From: Tubiluchus corallicola
Taxonomy: Eukaryota > Animalia > Priapulida
Assembly: GCA_030141605.1 (NCBI GenBank)
Contig: JAQGDQ010000798.1
Span: forward strand, 36,829 to 94,565
Length of the DNA: 57,737 nucleotides
Direction: 5' to 3'
In this document: positions 25,501-36,848 of the stretch, piece by piece
How the letters are laid out: the number at the start of each line of letters is the position of its first letter
Position numbering within the stretch: the first letter of the stretch is position 1
The notes under the pieces: generated by a model
What the model saw: only the letters and a program-made list of their open reading frames with translations
Told to the model about the DNA's origin: nothing
Database searches by the model: none
Translations under genes and position numbers: made by a program

Positions 25501-28500
25501 TAAGAATAGACATAGAATATAACTTAAGAATAGACATAGAATATAACTTAAGAATAGGCATAGAATATAACTTAAGAATAGACATAGAATATAACTTAAG
25601 AATAGACATAGAATATAACTTAAGAATAGACATAGAATATAACTTAAGAATAAACATAGAATATAACTTAAGAATAGACATAGAATATAACTTAAGAATA
25701 GACATAGAATATAACTTAAGAAAAGGCATAGAATATAACTTAAGAATAGACATAGAATATAACTTAAGAATAGACATAGAATATAACTTAAGAATAGACA
25801 TAGAATATAACTTAAGAATAGGCATAGAATATAACTTAAGAATAGACATAGAATATAACTTAAGAATAGACATAGAATATAACTTAAGAATAGACATAGA
25901 ATATAACTTAAGAATAGACATAGAATATAACTTAAGAATAGGCATAGAATATAACTTAAGAACAGACATAGAATATAACTTAAGAATAGACATAGAATAT
26001 AACTTAAGAATAGACATAGAATATAACTTAAGAATAAACATAGAATATAACTTAAGAATAGACATAGAATATAACTTAAGAATAAACATAGAATATAACT
26101 TAAGAATAGACATAGAATATAACTTAAGAATAGACATAGAATATAACTTAAGAATAGGCATAGAATATAACTTAAGAATAGACATAGAATATAACTTAAG
26201 AATAGACATAGAATATAACTTAAGAATAGACATAGAATATAACTTAAGAATAGACATAGAATATAACTCAAGAATAGACATAGAATATAACTTAAGAATA
26301 GACATAGAATATAACTTAAGAATAGACATAGAATATAACTTAAGAATAGACATATATAACTTAAGAATTGACATAGAATATAACTTAAGAATAGACATAG
26401 ACTATAACTTAAGAATTGACATAGAATATAACTTAAGAATTGACATAGAATATAACTTAAGAATAGACATAGAATATAACTCAAGAATAGACATAGAATA
26501 TAACTTAAGAATAGGCATAGAATATAACTTAAGAATAGAATATAACTTAAGAATAGACATAGACTATAACTTAAGAATTGACATAGAATATAACTTAAGA
26601 ATTGACATAGAATATAACTTAAGAATAGACATAGAATATAACTTAACAAAGGAAAATTGTATTTTTTTGTTGAATTATAGAAAACAACCACTACACTTTA
26701 TAACATTTGTCTGTCATAGAAGGGTGGAAAATTATTAATTTATTCAAAACAAACTTGGTCGCATGTGACAAATGAGACCTAACCTTAGTAACCTAGGTGT
26801 GGAGCAGGAATTTTGAATTACAAGTTAGTCTCTGGACTATGAGACTACGAACAAATGTTCTCTTTAATCAAGACAAGTTTTAATTCACTTTAATTCAACT
26901 ATTTTGTCAGTCACTTCCATATAGTTCATTAGCATTAGAATAATCACCATTTAATAAAGTTCAACTGCACCGGCTACAAAAAAATTTGTTTTGTTTCTGT
27001 TTTACCTCATGAGCTCAAAAGTTATCAGTAGGGCGGGAGGAAATTTTCTGTTAAGCTTTGTGAATGTTTATAGCTGAGTTGTGGAATATTTAAAATTAAT
27101 TGAAATCAAAGTTTATTTATTTTCCACTGGTTAGCAATAATGTTCTAAACTTTTTCAATGCACATTTTTTTCACATTTTGTTTTTTAATTATTGGTTTTG
27201 ATTTACTAAATTATCATATAATTATCGATTATTGTATAGTCTCTTTTTTGTACCACATGAACGTATGTTATGATAATTGTGGCATAAGCGGCAACACAAC
27301 TCGGAAAAACAAATTATAAAATTCCTGGCAGGTGGTGCGATAAAAATATTACCCGGGGCGATTAGACGGAAGCAGAAGTATTTTTATTGCCGACCTAGTA
27401 ATTAAAAGCGTATTTTAACACAGCAAAACACGACAGTTCCTTTCATAAGGTGTTTACTGCAGTCTTTATTTTCTAAAGAAGCAGAAAAAACAAAAAATAC
27501 ATAAAATTTGCAGTAATGTAATTTTGAAAAAAACTACAGAAATTTGAACAAAAAAAATTACACCGAAAATTTCTGTCTAATTGATAAACTTAGATTTACA
27601 AAATTCACTTACTTCATTTGGCTAGAGAGAGCACACTGTTTATGGTTTATAAAGCATGACATTAAATTTCTCACATAAAAAATTGCATTATCCACCAATT
27701 ACAAGTAAGTCTCTGCAATAACCAGTTGAGTCTGCCAGCAATTGCCCACTTGTCTCCTTTTAGTTTTCGGCTCCCTCCTGCGGGAAAAATAAAAAACGAA
27801 TTATATGGGTAATTGGGTAATATGCCCATAACAGCGTAGAATAAACTTAAAAGAGCTTATGGTTTAGTAATTAATTGGAATGTATTTTTTAAGTTCTTTG
27901 CATATTCACAGTCGAGTTACTTAATTAATAAAACTAATTAATGGGTAAATTCAGTAAACTGTATGAAGGCTATACAGGTGTACAATAATGTCATACTTTA
28001 CATAAGCATGTACTGTGATAGGTCTTACCAAAGAGAACCAATCGACCTGGATTGAGCACAACTAACCGGTTTCCACGTACACGTGGAGGATATCGCGGTG
28101 GATATCGTGGTCGTTCCTACTATGGTTATAATCCGAGGTTTAGTGGCCGATCTCGGTACATTAGCGGGTAAGCTCTCTTGCTGTCACACATTGTTGAATT
28201 ATTGGTCAGATTTTTGACTACGGACTTTCTAGTAGTGCTACATAATACTCAACAAGCAACTTGGCAGATTAATACTCAACAAGCAACTTGGCAGATTAAT
28301 ACTCAACAAGCAACTTGGCAGATTAACACTCAACAAGCTACTTGGCAGATTAATACTCAACAAGCTACTTGGCAGATTAATACTCAACAAGCAACTTGGC
28401 AGGTTAATACTCAACAAGCAACTTGGCAGATTAATACTCAACAAGCACTTTGGCAGATTAATACTCAGCAAGCAACTTGGCAGATTAATACTCAACAAGC

Positions 28501-31500
28501 ACTTTGGCAGATTAATACTCAGCAAGCAACTTGGCAGATTAATACTCAACAGGCACTTTGGCAGATTAATACTCAGCAAGCAACTTACCAGATTAATACT
28601 CAGCAAGCAACTTGGCAGATTAATACTCAACAAGCTACTTGGCAGATTAATACTCAGCAAGCAACTTGGCAGATTAGTGCTCAACAAGCACTTTGGCAGA
28701 TTAATGCTCAGCAAGCAATTTACCAGATTAATACTCAACAAGCAACTTGGCAGATTAATACTCAGTAAGCAACTTGGCAGGTTAATACTCAACAAGCACT
28801 TTGGCAGATTAATACTCAGCAAGCAACTTGGCAGATTAATACTCAACAAGCACTTTGGCAGACTAATACTCAGCAAGCAACTTGGCAGATTAATACTCAA
28901 CAGGCACTTTGGCAGATTAATACTCAGCAAGCAACTTACCAGATTAATACTCAGCAAGCAACTTGGCAGATTAATACTCAACAAGCTACTTGGCAGATTA
29001 ATACTCAGCAAGCAACTTGGCAGATTAGTGCTCAACAAGCACTTTGGCAGATTAATGCTCAGCAAGCAATTTACCAGATTAATACTCAACAAGCAACTTG
29101 GCAGATTAATACTCAGTAAGCAACTTGGCAGGTTAATACTCAACAAGCAACTCAAAACCCAACACACAACCCAACAACTTGGCAGATTAATACTCAGCAA
29201 GCAACTTGGCAGATTAATACCCAACAGCACTTTGGCAGATTAATACTCAGCAAGCAACTTGGCAGATTAATACCCAACAAGCACGTTGGCAGATTAATAC
29301 TCAACAAGCAACTTGGCAGATTAATACTCAGCAAGCAGCTTGGCAGATTAATACTCAACAAGCAACTTGGCAGATTAATACTCAACAAGCTACTTGGCAG
29401 ATTAATACTTAACAAGCAACTTGGCAGATTAATACTCAACAAGCAACTTGGCAGATTAATACTTAACAAGCAACTTGGCAGATTAATACTCAACAAGCAA
29501 CTTGGCAGATTAATACTCAACAAGCAGCTTGGCAGATTAATACTCAACAAGCAACTTGGCAGATTAATACTCAGCAAGCAGCTTGGCAGATTAATACTTA
29601 ACAAGCAACTTGGCAGATTAATACTCAACAAGCAACTTGGCAGATTAATACTTAACAAGCAACTTGGCAGATTAATACTCAGCAAGCAACTTGGCAGATT
29701 AATACTTAACAAGCAACTTGGCAGATTAATACTCAACAAGCAACTTGGCAGATTAATACTCAACAAGCAACTTGGCAGATTAATACCCAACAGCACTTTG
29801 GCAGATTAATACCCAACAGCACTTTGGCAGATTAATACTCAACAAGCAATACTAGTACATTTGACTACATACTTCCTAGTACATTTGACTAAAGACTTCC
29901 TAGTACATTTGACTACATACTTCCTAGTACATTTGACTACAGACTTTCTAGTACATTTGACTACAGACTTCCTAGTACATTTGACTACAGACTTCCTAGT
30001 ACATTTGACTACAGACTTTCTAGTACATTTGACTACAGACTTCCTAGTACATTTGACTACAGACTTTCTAGTACATTTGACTACAGACTTTCTAGTACAT
30101 TTGACTACAGACTTCCTAGTACATTTGACTACAGTCTTTCTAGTACATTTGACTACAGACTTCCTAGTACATTTGACTACAGACTTTCTAGTACATTTGA
30201 CTACAGACTTTCTAGTACATTTGACTAAAGACTTCCTAGTACATTTGACTACAGACTTCGTAGTACATTTGACTACAGACTTTCTAGTACATTTGACTAC
30301 ATACTTCCTAGTACATTTGACTACAGACTTTCTAGTACATTTGACTACAGACTTCCTAGTACATTTGACTACAGACTTTCTAGTACATTTGACTACAGAC
30401 TTTCTAGTACATTTGACTACAGACTTTCTAGTACATTTGACTACAGACTTTCTAGTACATTTGACTACAGACTTTCTAGTACATTTGACTACAGACTTTC
30501 TAGTACATTTGACTACAGACTTTCTAGTACATTTGACTACATACTTTCTAGTACATTTGACTACAGACTTCCTAGTACATTTGACTACAGACTTTCTAGT
30601 ACATTTACACAACCAACAACAAAACTTCCTAGTACATTTGACTACAGACTTCCTAGTACATTTGACTACAGACTTTCTAGTACATTTGACTACAGACTTT
30701 CTAGTACATTTGACTACAGACTTCCTAGTACATTTGACTACAGACTTTCTAGTACATTTGACTACAGACTTTCTAGTACATTTGACTACAGACTTTCTAG
30801 TACATTTGACTACAGACTTTCTAGTACATTTGACTACAGACTTCCTAGTACATTTGACTACAGACTTTCTAGTACATTTGACTACAGACTTCCTAGTACA
30901 TTTGACTACAGACTTTCTAGTACATTTGACTACAGACTTCCTAGTACATTTGACTACAGACTTTCTAGTACATTTGACTACAGACTTTCTAGTACATTTG
31001 ACTACAGACTTTCTAGTACATTTGACTACAGACTTTCTAGTACATTTGACTACAGACTTTCTAGTACATTTGACTACAGACTTTCTAGTACATTTGACTA
31101 CAGACTTCGTAGTACATTAGACTACAGACATTCTAGTACATTTGACTACAGACTTTCTAGTACATTTGACTACAGATTTCCTAGTACATTTGACTACAGA
31201 CGTTCTAGTACATTTGACTACAGACTTCCTAGTACATTTGACTACAGACTTTAACAACAAAACTTCCTAGTACATTTGACTACAGACTTCCTAGTACATT
31301 TGACTACAGACTTCCTAGTACATTTGACTACAGACTTTCTAGTACATTTGACTACAGACTTTCTAGTACATTTGACTACAGACTTCCTAGTACATTTGAC
31401 TACAGACGTTCTAGTACATTTGACTACAGACTTTCTAGTACATTTGACTACAGACGTTCTAGTACATTTGACTACAGACTTCCTAGTACATTTGACTACA

Positions 31501-32528
31501 GACTTTCTAGTACATTTGACTACATACTTCCTAGTACATTTGACTACAGACTTTCTAGTACATTTGACTACAGACTTCTAGTACATTTGACTACAGTTTC
31601 TAGTACATTTGACTACAGACTTCCTAGTACATTTGACTACAGACTTTCTAGTACATTTGACTACAGACTTTCTAGTACATTTGACTACAGACTTCCTAGT
31701 ACATTTGACTACAGACTTTCTAGTACATTTGACTACAGACTTTCTAGTACATTTGACTACAGACTTCCTAGTACATTTGACTACAGACTTTCTAGTACAT
31801 TTGACTACAGACTTTCTAGTACATTTGACTACAGACTTTCTAGTACATTTGACTACAGACTTTCTAGTACATTTGACTACAGACTTTCTAGTACATTTGA
31901 CTACAGACTTTCTAGTACATTTGACTACAGACTTTCTAGTACATTTGACTACAGACTTTCTAGTACATTTGACTACAGACTTTCTAGTACATTTGACTAC
32001 AGACTTTCTAGTACATTTGACTACAGACTTCCTAGTACATTTGACTACAGACTTTCTAGTACATTTGACTACAGATTTCCTAGTACATTTGACTACAGAC
32101 GTCCTAGTACATTTGACTACATACTTCCTAGTACATTTGACTACATACTTCCTAGTACATTTGACTACAGACTTCCTAGTACATTTGACTACAGACTTCC
32201 TAGTACATTTGACTACAGACTTCCTAGTACATTTGACTACAGATTTTCTAGTAAATTTGTAACTTGAATTGTGCTTGAACAAAAACTCAAAGTAAATAGC
32301 ATTCATTCTAAATATTCGTTACAGTCCAAATGCTTGGTGTTTAGGGCAAACTTGGGTAAATAGACATTTCTCCAGGAGAAAATAACTTTGACTAGCAGCT
32401 CATTTTTTGCAGGGGGTGATTTTCTTCCAGTTCTTTCTAAGCCATTATGGAGCTGGCTGCTTTGACTAAGAAATCTTTCTTTCTTTTTTTTCAGTCGTCC
32501 ACGTCGTCCATGGTTCTCGCCATATTGA
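16424..32528 (+). CDS. PABPN1: Nuclear poly(A)-binding protein 1 (complete, spliced). Exons: 16424-16597, 18978-19089, 20388-20467, 22582-22688, 23967-24054, 28022-28167, 32495-32528
   Basis: Acidic N-terminus, coiled coil [24 protein letters not shown] (SIYVGNVDY...[23 protein letters not shown]), KRTNRPG, an Arg/Gly-rich tail and the WFSPY end. All GT-AG junctions are phase-consistent. Confidence 0.96.
17295..18029 (+). mobile_element. Non-autonomous Helitron-like element, copy 2
   Basis: A|TCGTATATA start, CGCAAAATGTTTTGCG hairpin and CGAG|T end (a variant of CTAG). Colinear with copy 1 but has an extra segment at about 17690-17770. Confidence 0.65.
18030..18232 (+). repeat. About 200-bp segment duplicated at about 19316-19543, so the two copies flank PABPN1 exon 2
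   Basis: Shared blocks include CACTAAGCTCATAAATCTAAAAAC and TCTAGGCTTCCTTCTGGCAAAGTA. In addition, 19255-19310 is repeated at 19550-19605. Confidence 0.85.
18640..18790 (+). mobile_element. 3' remnant of LINE ORF2 (CR1/L2/Jockey-like)
   Basis: The translation [28 protein letters not shown] resembles the FFPRT..LWNSLP...FP..YNL..FK..VN C-terminal motif of these LINEs. Confidence 0.6.
18978..19089 (+). CDS. PABPN1: PABPN1 coding exon 2 (coiled coil)
   Basis: [37 protein letters not shown]; donor GTGAGT. Confidence 0.95.
20388..20467 (+). CDS. PABPN1: PABPN1 coding exon 3 (RNP2)
   Basis: [26 protein letters not shown]; donor GTAAGT. Confidence 0.95.
20660..21101. repeat. Diverged tandem duplication, two units of about 220 bp
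   Basis: AAGAATGCAGAAC, GGAATGCA..TGGCTTC.GATGCTGATTGG and GTTACTTGTT each occur twice in the same order. Confidence 0.75.
21435..22430 (+). repeat. Interspersed repeat; an internally deleted copy lies at about 26975-27390
   Basis: Shared colinear blocks TTACCTCATGAG, GGGAGGAAATTTT, ATCGATTATTGTATAGTCTCTTTT, TAAGCGGCAACA and GAAGCAGAAGTATTTTTATTG. Confidence 0.75.
22582..22688 (+). CDS. PABPN1: PABPN1 coding exon 4
   Basis: [36 protein letters not shown]. Confidence 0.97.
23967..24054 (+). CDS. PABPN1: PABPN1 coding exon 5 (RNP1)
   Basis: [29 protein letters not shown]; donor GTATGT. Confidence 0.96.
24078..26646. repeat. Array B: 24-bp unit AATAGACATAGAATATAACTTAAG, about 107 copies
   Basis: Direct reading; lies in PABPN1 intron 5. 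Confidence 0.98.
28022..28167 (+). CDS. PABPN1: PABPN1 coding exon 6 (Arg/Gly-rich)
   Basis: [35 protein letters not shown]...; donor GTAAGC. Confidence 0.95.
28243..29849. repeat. Array C: 27-bp unit TAATACTCAACAAGCAACTTGGCAGAT, about 59 copies
   Basis: Direct reading; lies in PABPN1 intron 6. Confidence 0.98.
29852..32256. repeat. Array D: 24-bp unit CTAGTACATTTGACTACAGACTTY, about 100 copies
   Basis: Direct reading; abuts array C in PABPN1 intron 6. Confidence 0.98.
32495..32528 (+). CDS. PABPN1: PABPN1 last coding exon (PY-NLS)
   Basis: Strong pyrimidine tract and CAG acceptor; encodes (G)[10 protein letters not shown] followed by a stop. Confidence 0.93.
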
Positions 32529-35254
32529 TGGTGCATTTTGGTATGTGCTGATGCATGCTTGTAAAACATTCATTACTTCTATGTGTTCCAAAGCGATTTT
32601 ACTGTTTTTTCCGAATCCATTTTTATCAAGCTGTTATCAGTGAATAGACATGTAGAGTTTCTTTATTACTGACTTCATAAGTGTGCAAAAATTGATAAAT
32701 ATTGTTTGTTTCTTGTACATCGCCTACTTGGCTCCTTGAAAAAAATATTGTTTCTCGTATGTGTTCAGCTATGCCTACAAACTTTGTAAGCGTTTCATGC
32801 GTTATTTACATTGAATTGTGTAAGCACAAGTGTGTTGACATAGATGTTGAGAGATAAGGTTGAATTAATGCAAGCTCGGAATTCTTCGACTTGAATAAAA
32901 GACTGATTTTACCTTGCCTTACCTCGCAACTCGTATAATGTAAAGATTGTCATTTATTCAGTTTAACTTTATTTGTAATTTGTGGTTAGTTAGCTATGCA
33001 TCACGTTGCGTATTAGATTTTCTATAGCCATTTTATTTCTAAATGCATTTTTAAGTAACTTGCCGAGGTAGCCAGTATTTATTTGTTATTTATAAGTACG
33101 TCTTTCCGGGCTTTTGTACATTAGTCGTATCTACAAAAATTTGTTTTTTTTACTTGTACAACTTACGAATATTGGTAAAGTTTTGACTTTTGTAAATAAG
33201 GAAGCATGGTGGTAGGCTTTAAATTATAACAGCTTCATAACAAGCAAATGGGAATTAGAAGATTTATGATTACGACAGACTATTGCTTGTATATACTTTT
33301 ATTTCTCTTAGTTGAGAAAATTTTTAATTCTAGCACAAAAAAGTTCTGTTTATTGTACAACTTAATGGCTTTCTCACATAACATTTAAGACTGCATAGCT
33401 AATTTTGACGTTATTTCAATGTTGTTAGACAAGATCCTTTTTAGTCAAAATCTAATATCTGTCAAAGTCTATTCAATGTAGCTCTCAAAATCTATTTTAA
33501 AAAGTGCTGTATTTAAAGGAATAATTTTTTTTTTAAATTCATCGATATAATGGTAGCAAAGCAAAAGGTTTCAGATTCCTTACAATGTATCGAGTGTCTC
33601 AAAAAATTGCCATACACTAGTGTTATTATTTTGGTTTTCGTATTTCCTTATTTTTTTTACTTTGTATATAAAAAAAGCACTAAAAGTTTAACAGTGTGTA
33701 CAGAAAAGGAAAATTTAAGAGAACCATTTTAATAAAATTATGCGAAAATGCTAAAAAAATTACTTTCTTGAGAAGTGAGCTGTTAATACGCCAATTTCTG
33801 AGACTTACCTCAAGTTTTTGATCTCTTCTTCTTTCTGTGTAAATTTTCTTCTTGCTGTAGCCCGTCAAAAATTGCTGTGTGTTAAATCCCACAAACACAG
33901 CGGCCAATAAGAAAAGCTTGAGAAGCCAATCAGGAAATATTTCAATGAAAATGCAAGGAAGAGTTCCATAACTCTAAAAAATCTATATGGTTAATATTTA
34001 TCGCTGCCTCTAATTACTGATGAGGATAATCTTGAACCAAAGACATCAGTGTGTTTATTGATTTTTGAGACGCTCGATACTAATTCGTTAATAGAAAATT
34101 TATTTTTGTCTTGACTTTTTAACAGTTAGCATTGTTTGTGTAAGAGAGAGCTATAAATCTTCGCATTATAACATGTAAATTGTGTTATTTCATTTTTTCA
34201 GAATTCCGTCTGGTTGACCTGGTGTGACAGAGCAGTTACAATTGCGAGTCGCTAAGCAGGCGCCAGCAGATCTGAACTTGCTCTTACTTTACCAGCATTT
34301 CTTTACTGTTTTGTCTTTCGTTTTAGGAATATATTTGCGTTGGCTGAGTTTTGGGCCATGTAGAAGTTCAATTTTCTATATACTAATTTTCGTGAGATTT
34401 GGCTGCGCTTAGGTTTCCCTAAATTTGTTCGACTAAGCTATACGAATGATAGGTTTATTTAGTGACAGTGTTTCAGTGCATCAATTTCACACTTAGTGGG
34501 AATTGCTTATTTCCTGATTTAAGGGAAAACTTGAAAAAGAGTCACGCTTCAGCGGGGTAAAAATAGGATTGTTCCTTTGTGGCAAAATGTCAAAACACCA
34601 AACGATTTGCGACCTTGCTGTTTTGCACTGTAGATGCATTGTGGCCTTGAAACTGGAGTCCTTTAATATTGATAGCAGATTGGTAAATTTAAGTGCTTGT
34701 TGCTAGGTTCATCTCCACTGTTCAAGTGTATCGTTTCGCTATAAGTCTTATAAGTCGCATTATAGGTGTCGCTGTAATCTTGTCACATAGGTTGTGTCAG
34801 CGTTGTCTTTAGATAATCAATATTTTATCCATCACTAGAAAAGTTATCCTGAGTATTTAGGTCTTTCATGGTGGTCTTTAGTAACACTGGTTCTACACAC
34901 GCATGTTGCTCTGTCAATGGAAAATGAAATCAATTTTTCACTTGCTTTTTAGTATAGTAACCACTGGCATCTATTAGTGAGTAAGAATCTTTCCGTTATA
35001 ATTACTTATGCAGTATGTACTCGATAAATTTTAGAAAGTTGCCGTACAATTTTAAAATTTGAGACATGAGTGAGACAACATGTCAGATTTGTATTTGTAA
35101 GTGATCACAGAAATTTTACTCCTTTCATAGGCAAGAGTGCATCTCATAATACGTAGCTTAGATTTTTCAAACAATTTTTTCAGGCAAATTTTTTAGATTT
35201 TTTAGCCTCTGCATTTTTTCTTGTAGCTCACCATTTTTATTTTCTGCTCAGTTT

Positions 35255-36515
35255 ATCTCCCTGCACTAAAAGAAAGTTTTATTAAGTAAAGGGGTAGAGT
35301 AAAGTGAAAAGGTTTAGCAAAGCCATCTCCCTGCACTAAAAGAAAGTTTTATTAAGTAAAGGGGTAGAGTAAAGTGAAAAGGTTTAGGGAAGCCATCTCC
35401 CTGCACTAAAAGAAAGTTTTATTAAGTAAAGGGGTAGAGTAAAGTGAAAAGGTTTAGCAAAGCCATCTCCCTGCACTAAAAGAAAGTTTTATTAAGTAAA
35501 GGGGTAGAGTAAAGTGAAAAGGTTTAGCAAAGCCATCTCCCTGCACTAAAAGAAAGTTTTATTAAGTAAAGGGGTAGAGTAAAGTGAAAAGGTTTAGCAA
35601 AGCCATCTCCCTGCACTAAAAGAAAGTTTTATTAAGTAAAGGGGTAGAGTAAAGTGAAAAGGTTTAGCAAAGCCATTCCCTGCACTAAAAGAAAGTTTTA
35701 TTAAGTAAAGGGGTAGAGTAAAGTGAAAAGGTTTAGCAAAGCCATTTCCCTGCACTAAAAGAAAGTTTTATTAAGTAAAGGGGTAGAGTAAAGTGAAAAG
35801 GTTTAGCAAGCCATCTCCCTGCACTAAAAGAAAGTTTTATTAAGTAAAGGGGTAGAGTAAAGTGAAAAGGTTTAGCAAAGCCATTTCCCTGCACTAAAAG
35901 AAAGTTTTATTAAGTAAAGGGGTAGAGTAAAGTGAAAAGGTTTAGGGAAGCCATCTCCCTGCACTAAAAGAAAGTTTTATTAAGTAAAGGGGTAGAGTAA
36001 AGTGAAAAGGTTTAGCAAAGCCATTTCCCTGCACTAAAAGAAAGTTTTATTAAGTAAAGGGGTAGAGTAAAGTGAAAAGGTTTAGGGAAGCCATCTCCCT
36101 GCACTAAAAGAAAGTTTTATTAAGTAAAGGGGTAGAGTAAAGTGAAAAGGTTTAGCAAAGCCATCTCCCTGCACTAAAAGAAAGTTTTATTAAGTAAAGG
36201 GGTAGAGTAAAGTGAAAAGGTTTAGCAAAGCCATTTCCCTGCACTAAAAGAAAGTTTTATTAAGTAAAGGGGTAGAGTAAAGTGAAAAGGTTTAGCAAAG
36301 CCATCTCCCTGCACTAAAAGAAAGTTTTATTAAGTAAAGGGGTAGAGTAAAGTGAAAAGGTTTAGCAAAGCCATCTCCCTGCACTAAAAGAAAGTTTTAT
36401 TAAGTAAAGGGGTAGAGTAAAGTGAAAAGGTTTAACAAAGCCATTTCCCTGCACTAAAACAAAGTTTTATTAAGTAAAGGGGTAGAGTAAAGTGAAAAGG
36501 TTTAGCAAAGCCATT
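35255..36515. repeat. Array E: 70-bp unit, about 18 copies
   Basis: Unit TCTCCCTGCACTAAAAGAAAGTTTTATTAAGTAAAGGGGTAGAGTAAAGTGAAAAGGTTTAGCAAAGCCA. Confidence 0.98.
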
Positions 36516-36749
36516 TTCTAACGAGTTTTTTATTCCAGGTTCATCGGCTCTTCACAATCACTAATCAGATTTTGTTTTTGCAGGTATCACAGGTCGGCGA
36601 AATCATCAATGGAATATTTATGCAAATGGACACAGTTCCAGAAACAATACTCGTCTTGATAAACAAAAGAACTTTTGGTAACCTAAACTCTATTGAATGT
36701 AGAATTGTGACCTTGTGTCCATTAACTAGATAATCCATTGATGAACTTT

Positions 36750-36848
36750 AAAACAAAAAAAAACAAAAAAATGTAAAAAAATGAGAAATGTAAAAGATGT
36801 AAAAAATGAAAAAATGTAAAAAAAATGAAAAAATGTAAAAGGAAAAAG
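36750..36848 (+). other. A-rich tract of about 100 nt, followed by AATAAA (36874-36879) and a T/GT-rich downstream element
   Basis: Runs of 4-9 A separated by TG, TGT or C. The arrangement resembles a plus-strand poly(A) site near 36900. Confidence 0.55.

Noticed and set aside
24050-26691. Long ORFs of up to 782 aa (MSILKLYS and LCLFLSYI repeats)
   Set aside because: They are translations of the 24-bp array B, whose unit is a multiple of 3 and lacks stops in some frames. They are antisense within a PABPN1 intron and have no unique coding context.
28178-32306. Repetitive ORFs ([34 protein letters not shown])
   Set aside because: These are by-products of arrays C and D. They are open in several frames on both strands and lie inside an intron with well-supported flanking exons.
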